From Eledone cirrhosa (Eukaryota): a DNA stretch of 64,000 nt. The notes below the pieces were generated by a model that worked only from the letters and a program-made list of their open reading frames with translations, was not told the DNA's origin and ran no database searches. The position numbers and the translations under genes are program-made. The DNA lies in contig OZ024742.1 of NCBI GenBank assembly GCA_964016885.1, forward strand, positions 300,638,001 through 300,702,000. The letters are read 5' to 3'. Positions 24,586-38,489 of the stretch are shown in pieces. How positions within the stretch are numbered: position 1 is the first letter of the stretch; each line of letters begins with the position of its first letter.

Positions 24586-27500
24586 AACCAACACCCTTAC
24601 CACTTATATACCACTAAGACTACTACCAATACCAACACCACTACTAACACTACAACCAACACCATTACCACTTATATACCACTAACACTTCTACCAACAC
24701 CTCTACTAACACTACAACCAACACCATTACCACTTATACACCACTAACTCCTCTACCAACACCAACACCACTACTAACACTACAACCAACACCCTTACCA
24801 CTTACACACCACTAACACTTCTACCAATACCAATGCCACTACTAACACTACAACCAACACCATTACCACTTATACACCACTAACACTTCTACCAATACCA
24901 ACACCACTACTAACACTACAAACAACATCATTACCACTTATACACCACTAACACATCTACCAATACCAACACCACTACTAACACTACAACCAACACCATT
25001 ACCACTTATATACCACTAACACTTCTACCAATACCAAGGCCACTACTAACACTACAACCAACACCATTACCACTTATATACCACTAACACCTCTACCAAT
25101 ACCAACATAACTACTAACACTACAACCAACACCCTTACCACTTATATACCACTAACACCTCTACCAATACCAACACCACTACTAACACTACAAACAACAC
25201 CATTACCACTTATATACCACCAACACCTCTACCAATACCAACGCCACTACTAACACTACGACCAACACCCTTACCACTTATATACCACTAACACTTCTAC
25301 TAATACCTCTACTAACACTACAACCAACACCCTTAGCACTTATATACCACAAAGACCTCTACGAATACCAACACCACCACTAACACTACAACCAACACCA
25401 TTACCACTTATATACCACTAACACTTCTACCAATACCAACACCACCACTAACACTACAACCAACACCATTACCACTTATATACCACTAACACTTCTACCA
25501 ATACCACTACTAACACTACAATCAACACCATTATCACTTATATACCACTAACACTTCTACCAATACCAACGCCACTACTAACACTACAACCAACACCCTT
25601 ACCACTTATATACCACTAACACTTCTACCAACACCAACACCACTACTAAAACTACAACCAACACCATTACCACTTATACACCACTAACACTTCTACCAAT
25701 ACCAAGGCCACTACTAACACTACAACCAACACCATTACCACTTATATACCACTAAGACATCTACCAATACCAACACCACTACTAACACTACAACCAACAC
25801 CCTTACCACTTATATACCACTAACACTTCTACCAATACCAACACCACTACTAACACTACAACCAACACCCTTACCACTTATATACCACTAACACATCTAC
25901 CAACACCACTACTAACACTACAACCAACACCATTACCACTTATATACCACTAAGACCTCTACCAATACGAACACCACTACTAACACTACAACCAACACCC
26001 TTCCACTTATACACCACTAACACTTCTACAAATACCAACACCACTACTAACACTACAACCAACACCATTACCACTTATACACCACTAACACTTCTACCAA
26101 TACCAACACCACTACTAACACTACAACCAACACCCTTATCACTTATATACCACTAAGACCTCTACCAATACCAACACCACTACTAACACTACAACCAAAA
26201 CCTTACCACTTATATACCACTAAGACCTCTACCAATACTAACACCACTACTAACACTACAACCAACACCCTTACCACTTATACACCACTAACACTTCTAC
26301 TAATACCAACACCACTACTAACACTACAACCAACACGCCTTACCACTTATATACCACTAACACTTCTACCAATACCAACACTACTACTAACACTACAACC
26401 AACACCCTTACCACTTATATACCACTAAGACCTCTACCAATACCAACACCACTACTAACACTACAACCAACACCCTTACCACTTATACACCACTAACACT
26501 ACAACCAACACCATTACCACTTATATACCACTAACACTTCTACCAATACCAATGCCAACACTACAACCAACACCATTACCACTTATATACCACTAAGACC
26601 TCTACCAATACCAACACCACTACTAACACTACAACCAACACCATTAACACTTATATACCACTAACACTTCTACCAATACCAACACCACTACTAACACTAC
26701 AACCAACACCATTACCACTTATACACCACTAATACTTCTACCAATACCAACACCACTACTAACACTACAAACAACATCATTACCACTTATACACCACTAA
26801 CACCTCTACCAATACCACTACTAACACTACAACCAACATCCTTACCACTTATATACCACTAACACTTCTACTAATACCTCTACTAACACTACAACCAACA
26901 CCCTTAGCACTTATATACCACAAAGACCTCTACGAATACCAACACCACCACTAACACTACAACCAACACCATTACCACTTATATACCACTAACACTTCTA
27001 CCAATACCAACACCACCACTAACACTACAACCAACACCATTACCACATATATACCACTAACACTTCTACCAATACCACTACTAACACTACAATCAACACC
27101 ATTATCACTTATATACCACTAACACTTCTACCAATACCAACGCCACTACTAACACTACAACCAACACCCTTACCACTTATATACCACTAACACTTCTACC
27201 AATACCAACACCACTACTAACACTACAACCAACACCATTATCACTTATACATCACTAACACTTCTACCAATACCAACACCATCACTAACACTACAACCAA
27301 CACCCTTACCACTTATACACCATTAACACATTTACCAACACCAACACCACTACTAAAACTACAACCAACACCATTACCACTTATACACCACTAACACTTC
27401 TACCAATACCAAGGCCACTACTAACACTACAACCAACACCATTACCACTTATATACCACTAAGAAATCTACCAATACCAACACCACTACTAACACTACAA

Positions 27501-29190
27501 CCAACACCCTTACCACTTATATACCACTAACACTTCTACCAATACCAACACCACTACTAACACTACAACCAACACCCTTACCACTTATATACCACTAACA
27601 CATCTACCAACACCACTACTAACACTACAACCAACACCATTACCACTTATATACTACTAAGACCTCTACCAATACCAACACCACTACTAACACTACAACC
27701 AACACCCTTCCACTTATACACCACTAACACTTCTACAAATACCAACACCACTACTAACACTACAACCAACACCATTACCACTTATACACCACTAACACTT
27801 CTACCAATACCAACACCACTACTAACACTACAACCAACACCCTTATCACTTATATACCACTAAGACCTCTACCAATACCAACACCACTACTAACACTACA
27901 ACCAAAACCTTACCACTTATATACCACTAAGACCTCTACCAATACTAACACCACTACTAACACTACAACCAACACCCTTACCACTTATACACCACTAACA
28001 CTTCTACTAATACCAACACCACTACTAACACTACAACCAACACGCCTTACCACTTATATACCACTAACACTTCTACCAATACCAACACTACTACTAACAC
28101 TACAACCAACACCCTTACCACTTATATACCACTAAGACCTCTACCAATACCAACACCACTACTAACACTACAACCAACACCCTTACCACTTATACACCAC
28201 TAACACTACAACCAACACCATTACCACTTATATACCACTAACACTTCTACCAATACCAATGCCAACACTACAACCAACACCATTACCACTTATATACCAC
28301 TAAGACCTCTACCAATACCAACACCACTACTAACACTACAACCAACACCATTAACACTTATATACCACTAACACTTCTACCAATACCAACACCACTACTA
28401 ACACTACAACCAACACCATTACCACTTATACACCACTAATACTTCTACCAATACCAACACCACTACTAACACTACAAACAACATCATTACCACTTATACA
28501 CCACTAACACCTCTACCAATACCACTACTAACACTATAACCAACACCATTACCACTTATATACCACTAACACCTCTACCAATACCAACATAACTACTAAC
28601 ACTACAACCAACACCCTTACCACTTATATACCACTAACACATCTAACAATACCAACACCCTACTAACACTACAACCCACACCCTTACCACTTATATACCA
28701 CTAACACCTCTACCAATACCACTAACACTTCTACAAATACCAACACGACTACTAACACTACAACCAACACCATTACCACTTATATACCACTAACACTTCT
28801 ACCAATACCAACACCACTACTAACACTACAACCTACACCATTACCACTTATTTACCACTAACATCTCTACCAATACCAACACAAACACTAACACTACAAC
28901 CTACCCCATTACCACTTATATACCACTAACACCTCTACCAATACCACCAACACCACTAACAATACAACCAACACACTCACTATCACCACTTATATACCAC
29001 CAACACCACTAACACTACAACCAACACCCTCACTATCACCACTTATATACCACCAACACCACTAACACTTCTACCAACACCCTCACTATCACCACTTATA
29101 CCACCACCACCACTAACACTTCTACCAACACCATCATTAACACTACAACCAACACCACAACCATCACTACTTATACCACTACCAATACCA
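24586..29190. repeat. A/C-rich minisatellite, 68-bp unit
   Basis: CCACTAACACTTCTACCAATACCAACACCACTACTAACACTACAACCAACACCATTACCACTTATATA repeated (e.g. 25801 to 25869). Confidence 0.95.
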
Positions 29191-29386
29191 CAAAAGGTAT
29201 TGCCATTGTCTTTAATCTATCTATTCCATATTGATTTTCACCTGTGAATATTAGAAAATTGGTTTATTAATCACTTGTCACCATGGTAACAGCCAGGTCC
29301 ATATCTACTGCTCTGATTAGCTATTCTTCTTCTTCTTCGTCATCATCATCATCTTCCCATCCTTCTTCTTCTTCTTAATGCTTTAT

Positions 29387-31350
29387 CTGTTTCTTGTGTT
29401 GACTGTATGTACTACATCTGTTTCTTGAGTAGATTATATGTACTACATCTGTTGTGTAGATTATATGTTCTACATCTGTTGTGTTGACTGTATGTGCTAT
29501 ATCTGTTGTGTAGATTATATGTTCTACATCTGTTGTGTTGGCTGTATGTACTACATCTATTTGTTGTGTCGACTATATGTTCTACATCTGTTGTGTAGAC
29601 TATATGTTCTACATCTGTTGTGTAAACTATATGTTCTATATCTGTTGTGTAGATTATATGTTCTACATCTGTTGTGTTGACTGTATGTACTACATCTGTT
29701 TGTTGTGTCGACTATATGTTCTACATCTGTTGTGTAGACTATATGTTCTACATCTGTTGTATAGACTACGAGTTGTGTCAGAAAAGTTCCAGGACTGATG
29801 TCACAAAAGATTTATTTCAAACCCAAACTTCACACTAAGAAGTTTCTCCTTCAAAGTAATCCCCCTGGAGTCTGTAACTGTAATCTTAGCTCTCTGCAGC
29901 GATTAAACTTTTTTCTTCATAATTTTATATACATGTCCTCTGTTTCAGGTCATCAAGCAATGAGCACAGAGCAACGAACAAACTTGAAAACTCTGTCAGA
30001 AGCACTGGGATTGCTCCAAGTGTATGGAGATGAGACGATGTCACGCTCACGTGTTTTTGAGTGGTGCAAGAGGTTTAAAGAAGGACGCGAGGATGTGGAA
30101 GATGACCCCAGGAGTGGAAGGCCCTCAACAACCAAGACTGAGGTCAACGTTGAGTGCGTCAGACAGATAGTGCGTAGCGATCGTCGGCTGACTGTTCAAC
30201 TGATGGCAAATGAGCTGGGCATGAATCGGGACAGCGTCTGGAAGATTCTCACTGAAGATTTGGACATGCAGAAAGTCTGCGCGAAGATGGGGCCAAAACT
30301 GCTGAACAATGACCAGAAGGGTCGGCGCATGCAAATGTGCCAGGACATCCTCGAGCATCTACCGAACCAGACTTGCTAGGGACAGTCATCACCGGTGATG
30401 AGTCATGGATCTTCGAGTATGACCCGGAGGGAACCCGTTTTGAAGACGTGGACGACATCAAAAAGGCCGTGATGACGGAACTGTGGAGGATCCCAGAAGA
30501 ATCCTTCCAGGAGTGCATGCAAACATGGCAGAAAAGGATGGAAAAGTGCATTAGACTCCAGGGGGATTACTTTGAAGGAGAAAACTCTTAGTGTGAAGTT
30601 TGGGTTTGAAATAAATCTTTTGTGACATAATTCCTGGAACTTTTCTGACACACCTCGTATGTACTACATCTGTTGTGTAGACTATATATACTACATCTGT
30701 TGTGTAAATTATTTGTTCTACATCTGTTGTATAGACTATATGTACTACATCTGTTGTGTAGACTATATGTACTACATCTGTTGTGTAGACTATATATACT
30801 ACATCTGTTGTGTAGACTGTATGTTCTACATCTGTTGTGTAGACTGTATGTTCTACATCTGTTGTGTAGACTATATATACTACATCTGTTGTGTAGACAA
30901 TATGTACTACATCTGTTGTGTAGACTATATATACATCTGTTGTGTAGACTATATGTACTATATCTGTTGTGTAGACTATATGTACTACATCTGTTGTGTA
31001 GACTATATATACATCTGTTGTGTAGACTGTATATACTACATCTGTTGTGTAGACAATATGTACTACATCTGTTGTGTAGACTATATATACTACATCTGTT
31101 ATGTAGATTATTTGTACTACATCTGTTGTGTAGACTATATATACTACATCTGTTGTGTAGACTTCTGTTCTGCATCTGTTGTGTAGATTATATATACTAC
31201 ATCTGTTGTGTAGATTATATGTACTACATCTGTTGTGTAAACTATATACACTACATCTGTTGTGTAGACTGTATGTACTACATCTGTTGTGTAGACAACA
31301 TGTACTACATCGGTTGTGTAGACTACATGTACTACATCTGTTTGTTGTGT
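29387..31350. repeat. 27-bp minisatellite interrupted by a mariner element
   Basis: TACATCTGTTGTGTAGACTATATGTAC units on both sides of 29769-30657. Confidence 0.95.
29769..30657 (+). mobile_element. Internally deleted mariner transposon
   Basis: TA on both sides; about 103-bp inverted ends. Transposase remnants VYGDETMSRSRVFEWCKRFKEGREDVEDDPRSGRPST, VITGDESWIFEYDPE, FQECMQTWQKRMEKCI..GDYFEG. Frameshifted and lacking most of the catalytic domain. Confidence 0.92.
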
Positions 31351-32768
31351 ACATTAAATGAGCTATGGAAATTGTGAAAGGTATGTGTTGTTGTGACTGT
31401 TGTGTTTTTGTTGTTGTCATTGATGCTACTGCAGCTGTTGTTGTTGTTGTAACTGTGGTTATTGTGTTTGTTGCTGCTGCAGCTATTGTTGTTGTTATTT
31501 AGTCTCAATCCAACTCTGATTGAGCCCATCTACAATCAATGGCATTTAATCAATATACATATTTTGTTTTTAGGAATAGTGTATCTCAGACTAGATTATC
31601 CAACGTGCCCTTTGTTTAAAATGGCAAGGTGTGATTTGACTGTTGTTTCTAGTAGATAAACCTTGTGTCTATTGTGAACAATGTCAATTCCACTGTGACA
31701 CAACAGTCAGCTGTGTCAACAGCAATTCCAAACTCCACTCAAGAGTGGACTGTAATTAATCTTGACTATGCCAATATTAATTCATTGATGTCAATTGTAT
31801 CTAACATGTCTCTTTATGGTATCCAATTTGACATTCAAACATACACCTGTCAACTGTCAACTCTTAGTGAACAGAAGACATAAGTGATCATTTCAATACT
31901 CAATGTTTATTTGTCATCTATGTTAAAAAGCCTCCTGCCAGTCAATTCTCATATTTAATGTCAACTGTCAACTACCAATAGTCTATAGTACTATATATTT
32001 TCTGTGGTCTTATGTTCACATCTGATCTGATAACTACCACAACATATGATTAGAACCTATTGTCTCTTATACAATGATTTTTAATTTTGGCTCAATACTA
32101 CATACGTTTAGAGGAAGAGTGTAATCGATTGACTTAACCCCAATACATTACTAGTACAGATATGAAAATCAATGTCTACCTCAGCCAAATTTCAATTCAA
32201 AACCAAAATACTTACCTTTACACCATCAGATATGTTTTCCAGTACTTTGTTTTTATAATAATTGTTAACTGTTGTGTATTTCAGCATTCCTTGTTAACTG
32301 TTGTCATACCTACCCATGTCAACATCACAGACACCAGCTGTCAATTGCTACATCTATGATGTCAAATATTTATTATCACATCTGTCACAGCTGACCATAT
32401 GACTACATCACATTTGCCATTTATTTACTGTTACATCACAGCTGATCATTGTCCCTATCCCCACTGTTGCTGCGGTTGTCATCGTTCTTCTTCTTCTTCT
32501 TCTTCTTCTTCTTCTACATATTCCTGAGAGGGTTATGGGGGAAGAGTCCTCAAACACTCCTTCCAGCAGGTCCTGTCAGAAGCAACCAACTCCAACTGAT
32601 CCGGCTTTTTTTACTTATCCCTCTCACATGACAGTTATTGTCACTCATAAATATCATTACTTATCCTTACTAATGATGTTAGATGTTGGTAGGATACTCA
32701 CAATCACATGGATCATCTACTTACCATATATCCCACCCTGAACTTCTGATATAGAGTGATTGCCTTAC

Positions 32769-32905
32769 CTCAAGATTAAATTTAGATCGTCTATTCCTGT
32801 TCATTGCGGAAAATGATATGATTGGTTCCTTGTAGATGTCCAGGGCTTCCTGTCTGTGGAAATGTGTTGACTCATCTCTTCCATCAAGCAACAACCAATG
32901 CTTCC
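32769..32905 (-). CDS. MAN2B1: Lysosomal alpha-mannosidase (GH38) exon, 6th visible
   Basis: cag|(G)KHWLLLDGRDESTHFHRQEALDIYKEPIISFSAMNRNRRSKFNLE|gtaagg; phase matches the previous exon. Confidence 0.8.
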
Positions 32906-33166
32906 CTGTAAGAGTGAAATATAATAAGTTAGGGTCTCTATCACATTTAAAAACATGAATTTTGATGTTATCTATCATATAAGTATCAAATATGAAATTT
33001 AATATCTGAGAAGATACATTTTAGCTCATTAACACATGGATATAATATTTTTAATTTTTTAATTCAAAGGGTGAGCCTTGTCACACACTGTATCACATCT
33101 GAAATACATTACAGGTGTCTGTGCTGGAGTGTGGTTTGTAAAGTGAAATCATTGCATGCAACTTAC

Positions 33167-33257
33167 CTCGAACAATCAGTCCATGAAAACCATCTGAAGT
33201 TTCATTCAATGGTTCCCCAACTCCAAGTCTATCATCTTTAGTTGTTCTCCGATGCAA
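33167..33257 (-). CDS. MAN2B1: Lysosomal alpha-mannosidase exon, 5th visible
   Basis: ttag|LHRRTTKDDRLGVGEPLNETSDGFHGLIVR(G)|gtaagt; HRR..DD..GV.EPL motif. Confidence 0.92.
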
Positions 33258-33393
33258 CTAAAATAAAGAAAATATAGAGATTTAGTAATATAACTAACAT
33301 TTATGTTATTAATTTGTTGTCTGACTGTCCAATTGTTGGTTGCAGGGAGAAGAGATGTTAAATGTTAAATGATGATGATACATGTATATATAA

Positions 33394-33467
<74 letters not shown>

Positions 33468-33547
33468 CATCATCATCATCATCATCATTTTACATCCACT
33501 TTTCCCTGCTTGCAAGGGTGGGACTATATATATATATATATATATAT

Positions 33548-36500
33548 CATCATCATCATCATCATCAACGTTTAACGTCCGTGTTCCACGCTTGCATGGG
33601 TTTGGACGGGGGTAGTCCCACTTGAGGCAAGAGTGATTGTCTTGCTCGCATAGGACTGTCTGGCAGGTTTTCTACAGTTGGATGCCCTTCCTAACACCAA
33701 CCACATTTACAGTGTGGGTCTGGGAGGTTTTTACCATGTTGCCTACACGGCCACATTACAGCGTGGACTGTGTGTTTTTTTGTCGTGACACCTACACGAT
33801 CTCATTTGTTTCGGCCTGGATGGCGCGGCACCAACATAACTTTACATAGAACGGGGTGGTGTGGATGGGGTGGGGGTGGTGGCGAGACGGGGTGTAGTTT
33901 GTTAGAGATGCCTACTGGCAAGGCGGGTCTTCTCTGTTACTGAGTACCGCCAAAGGTCACGGTCCAGTGACATTGTCTTGGAGAGGTGTAAGTGTGTGAG
34001 GTCGGAGTTTATCAGCTCATCCCATGTTTTTCTAGGTCTGCCTATTCCGTGGCTACCATCTATCTTTATTGCCCTGCACTTTGTAATACAGCTATCGACT
34101 TTCATGCGCATCACGTGTCCATACCAACGCAGCCTTCTCTCGAGTAAACAACATCTGATCCCTCTTATCTCTAATTTTTTCCTTAGTTCGTTTATGCTTT
34201 GCCGTTCACGTATATTACTGTTACACATCCAGCGGAGCATGCAAGCTTCGTTCCTCTCTAGTCTGCGTATATCCTCTGCACACAATGCCCAGGTCTCACT
34301 ACCATGCAACATTGCTGTTCGTATGCAGGCATCGTACAACCTGCCTTTCATTTTTAGGGAGAACCCTTTAGCAGCTAATAGTGGTATAAGCTCTCTGAAC
34401 TTTTTCCAACCAGTTCTGACTCTAGCTACAGTACTTTCAGAGCACCCTCCCCCACTGCTGATTTTATCGCCCAGGTAACGGAAGCTGTCCACTATTTCTA
34501 TAGAACCCTCTGCGCAATTGAAAGAGCTAGTATTTTGTGGGCACTTGCTGCTACTTATTGCACCAGAACACCGGCCACATGTAAAGTCTATGTTCTTAGT
34601 TAGCTTACCTGTGATCCCACTACATCTTTTATGCACCCATACTTTGCATTTAGGACATAAGATGGAGTTTCTACCTACGCCTTTCCTACATACCGAGCAC
34701 GACCATTTCCCAGAAGGGACCGCCGCCTTGTTTTCTTTCCTACAAACTAGAACTTTGGTCTTAGCCAGGTTAATTTTAAGTCCTTTTGACTCTAGGCCGT
34801 GCTTCCATGTTTGGAATTTCTTCTCTAGCTCGGCCATTGATTCCGCTATGAGTGTCAGGTCGTCTGCGTATAGGAGTTCCCATGGGCAGCCTGTCTTGAA
34901 CTCCTCTGTTATAGCCTGAAGGGCAATAATAAATAGTAGGGGGCTGAGAACAGAGCCCTGATGGACGCCAACTTTTACGCTAAACTCTTCACTATATTCG
35001 TTGTTAATTCTAACCTTGCTGACTGTTTCTTTATACATGGCTTGTATAGCCCTCACAAGCCATTCGTCAACGCCTAGTTTTCTAAGAGCCCACCAGATAA
35101 TGGAGCGGGGGACTCTGTCGAAGGCTTTCTCCAGGTCGACAAAAGCTAAGTAGAGGGGTTTACCTTTAGCTAGGTACTTCTCCTGTAGTTGTCGTACTAT
35201 GAAAAGAGCGTCTGTGGTGCTTTTGCCTGACACAAACCCGAACTGCATTTCATCTAGATCAATTCTCTCTCTGATTAGTTGCGCTATTACTTTTTCCGTG
35301 ACCTTCATGACCTGGTCGATTAATTTAATGCCTCTATAGTTATTCCTATCTAGGGCGTCTCCTTTACCCTTATAACAGTTAACGATGATGCTGCTATGCC
35401 AGTCCTTCGGAACAACCCCATTCTGTACGACTTGGTTAACTATGCGGGTGACCATGGTGTGTCCCACCGTGCCAGATGCCTTCAGCATCTCAGCAACTAT
35501 TTCCGAAGGCCCAGCCGCCTTACCAGTCTTCATATCCTTGATTGCCTTACTTATTATACTCCCCTCGACTAACACTGCTGGTCCCTCTATCGGGTCGATA
35601 TGGGGGAGACTGTCTTTCTCCCATTTATTCTCCTCATTTAGTAGCCTTTCATAGTGACACTTCCAAGCTACCTTCTTATCAGTGTCGGTGATGGCAAGTA
35701 TGCCATCATCGTTAAGTACACACTTCTCCCCGACAATATCACGGTTTTCCTTGACGCATTGCCTGGCAATCCTGAACACCTCACGTTTTTGGTCATCGCG
35801 TTGTAGAACATGCTTGAACTTTCTTTCCTCAGCTTCCCTTCTTGCTAAGTACACTTCTCTCCTAGCTTCCCTCCTGGCCACTTGATAGTCTACTCTACTT
35901 CCCCCATCCCGCCATACTTTCCAAGCCTGCTTTTTGGCCTTAATTGACCCCTCCACCCTATTGTTCCACCACCATGTTACTCTCCTCCTGCCTACAGGCC
36001 TGCTCCAGCCACAGACTTCGTCTGTCGCCAACAGCAGGTTTGCTTTCAGAAATTTCCACTGTCCCTCTATATTGTCCGATTCTAGATGCTCTTCCTTACT
36101 GTCGAAAGCATCAAGTAATATGCTTTGAAATTTATTTCTGGCTGTGGGGTCCTTTAGTTTCCATATTTTCCTCCTGAGGATAGTCCTCTTCTGCTGTCGG
36201 GTACGTCTCGTCCTGACTATGAGGTCGCTAATTATCAGTCTATGTTGGGAGGTGCATTCTTCATGGGGGAGGGATTTAGTGTTTACAACAGACACTCTGT
36301 CACGTCTTCTGGTAAGGATATAATCTACCTGGCTTGTGTGTTCCCCGGATCTATAGGTAATCAGGTGATTGTCACATTTTTTGAAGTTAGTGTTACAGAT
36401 AGTTAGGTTATTTGCATCACAGTATTCCAGGATTCTGGAGCCTTTCTCATTTCTAGTACCAAACCCATAGCCTCCATGGATTTCGTCGTAGCCGTCACAA

Positions 36501-37560
36501 TGTTGTCCAACATGACCATTTAGGTCGCCTGCAATAATTATATAGTCACTGTCAGATATTTGGGAGGTAGTTAGCAACAGTGTCTCATAGAATCTGTCTT
36601 TTATAGTGCCGGGCAGTCCGGATTGGGGTGCGTACGCAGATATTACTGTCACCGTAGTTCTATTGAGGACAAGTCTTATTTTAATTATTCTGTCGTTCAC
36701 TCTATTTACGTCTATTATCTTATCTGCCCACTTTTCTGCTACCATGATTCCTACTCCACCCAGCCCATCGTCGTTTCCCACCCAGAAAAGCTTATAACAT
36801 CGTTTTTTACCCTCAATGAATCTAGCAGACCCACCCCTCCACCTGGTCTCTTGAATACAACAAACATCGACCTCCTTACGTTCAAGCATTTCTACAACCT
36901 CGTTAGCGCGACCCTTTAGGGTGCCTACATTTATGGTACCAACTCTGAAGTTTTGGGTTGCGTTTGGAGGGTGGGGGTGGTGGGGGGCGGGAGGAGATAG
37001 GGTTATGTTAGCCATCCGCGGACGAAACAAAGAGGAGTGCTCGCATTCTCGTCCACGAGGTGAATTTGACTTTAACTTTGGCATTTTCGCTCTGGGCGTC
37101 CAGATTTTTCTCTCCCTTCCACTCTCCAGGATTCCGCAGTCCGTCCGTCCATCCACCCATCATATATCGAAGGCAACCGGGCAAGCGATAGTATAGGCCT
37201 CTGGCTTATGATTTGGTCCGCGTAATAATAATAATAATGGTGATGCGTGGGGGTGGGGGGCTCTGGCTTATAATAATGGTGGTGATGCGGGGGGGGGGGG
37301 CTCTGGCTTATGATTGGTCCACGTATTAAGTATGGTGGCGTGTGGGGGCGGGAGGGAGGGGTGTGGGGTAGCTAGCTGGAAGGTTATGAATGTTTAACAA
37401 GCGATTTAACAAAAAGCAAAACTGCAAGATTTGTTCTGTTCAATACGACAAAAACACCGTATTTAAACCTTAAATAGATAACAAAAAAATACAGATTTCG
37501 GATTTTGCGAGATTGGATGTTTGTTTGGACTATGTACGAAATTGAGCGTGGAATGGAGAG
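33548..37560 (-). mobile_element. Near full-length RTE-clade LINE with (GAT)n tail, intronic
   Basis: Single APE-RT ORF; 3' UTR ends in (GAT)n on the minus strand at 33548. The 5' boundary is approximate. Confidence 0.9.
33902..37156 (-). CDS. LINE ORF: APE endonuclease + RT + PHD-like finger, uninterrupted
   Basis: NVGTL, CIQETRW, AYAPQ, GDLNGH, QVDYIL, SQHRL; NYRGIKL, QFGF, FVDLEKAFD, GVHQGSVLSP, LYADD, FRYLG. Start codon uncertain. Confidence 0.93.
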   Translation of the reverse strand: MDGRTDCGILESGRERKIWTPRAKMPKLKSNSPRGRECEHSSLFRPRMANITLSPPAPHHPHPPNATQNFRVGTINVGTLKGRANEVVEMLERKEVDVCCIQETRWRGGSARFIEGKKRCYKLFWVGNDDGLGGVGIMVAEKWADKIIDVNRVNDRIIKIRLVLNRTTVTVISAYAPQSGLPGTIKDRFYETLLLTTSQISDSDYIIIAGDLNGHVGQHCDGYDEIHGGYGFGTRNEKGSRILEYCDANNLTICNTNFKKCDNHLITYRSGEHTSQVDYILTRRRDRVSVVNTKSLPHEECTSQHRLIISDLIVRTRRTRQQKRTILRRKIWKLKDPTARNKFQSILLDAFDSKEEHLESDNIEGQWKFLKANLLLATDEVCGWSRPVGRRRVTWWWNNRVEGSIKAKKQAWKVWRDGGSRVDYQVARREARREVYLARREAEERKFKHVLQRDDQKREVFRIARQCVKENRDIVGEKCVLNDDGILAITDTDKKVAWKCHYERLLNEENKWEKDSLPHIDPIEGPAVLVEGSIISKAIKDMKTGKAAGPSEIVAEMLKASGTVGHTMVTRIVNQVVQNGVVPKDWHSSIIVNCYKGKGDALDRNNYRGIKLIDQVMKVTEKVIAQLIRERIDLDEMQFGFVSGKSTTDALFIVRQLQEKYLAKGKPLYLAFVDLEKAFDRVPRSIIWWALRKLGVDEWLVRAIQAMYKETVSKVRINNEYSEEFSVKVGVHQGSVLSPLLFIIALQAITEEFKTGCPWELLYADDLTLIAESMAELEKKFQTWKHGLESKGLKINLAKTKVLVCRKENKAAVPSGKWSCSVCRKGVGRNSILCPKCKVWVHKRCSGITGKLTKNIDFTCGRCSGAISSSKCPQNTSSFNCAEGSIEIVDSFRYLGDKISSGGGCSESTVARVRTGWKKFRELIPLLAAKGFSLKMKGRLYDACIRTAMLHGSETWALCAEDIRRLERNEACMLRWMCNSNIRERQSINELRKKLEIRGIRCCLLERRLRWYGHVMRMKVDSCITKCRAIKIDGSHGIGRPRKTWDELINSDLTHLHLSKTMSLDRDLWRYSVTEKTRLASRHL

Positions 37561-37658
37561 AAGAATTTGTACTTTACGATTTACATGAGTACATCATAGA
37601 AATAATTGAAGCAGCGGTGGATTGGCGAAAGTGAATAAACATGAAGGAGAACTTATCT

Positions 37659-37707
<49 letters not shown>

Positions 37708-37801
37708 CTAAGAGAGAGATAGAGGGGAAGAAAGAGAGGGGGGGAAGGGGGAGATATATATATACATATATACATATATATATACATATATATATACATA
37801 T

Positions 37802-37844
<43 letters not shown>

Positions 37845-37849
37845 TATAC

Positions 37850-37914
<65 letters not shown>

Positions 37915-37949
37915 TATATACATATATACATATATATATACATATATAT

Positions 37950-37991
<42 letters not shown>

Positions 37992-38489
37992 CATTTAACA
38001 CAATAACAGAGATAGCTTAAAGCTAAACTCCGACTGGTAACCATCTCACTCAACAAACATTAGGTTATATGTTAGTATAAACCCAATTTAAGTGTTTGGG
38101 GTGCTAACTATATGTATTTTGTGGAAAGCCAGTTGTATTATTTTATGAGATATAATTAAAGTTAAAATATATCACTCTTTCCAAACAATTGTTTCATTAT
38201 AAGTTTTCTACAAATTGGGAGAATGTTTCCAGTTTATGTAGAAGCCTAACATATATTCATGTAAGAATATATTTAGGTGGGCACTTATAAATCTTCAGTG
38301 GAAGCCCATTAAACTTTGATATAAGAAAAAATTCTTACCGCAGTTAAAAATGGTGTCTGCTAAGCTGCTCCTTCACGCATCGAATGACCCCCAAATTTGA
38401 AATTCCAGCAGTCTTTTGACTGAGGAAGTATCATAGCGTCACTAAGCGGGAAAGGGAGACAACCACGATTCACGAGAAAAGAAAATAAT

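Noticed and set aside
29195-29241. Possible next mannosidase exon after a CAG acceptor on the minus strand
   Set aside because: In the required phase it reads VKINME-stop, with no GH38 motif.
29438-31420. Cys/Tyr-rich repetitive ORFs
   Set aside because: Translations of the 27-bp minisatellite.
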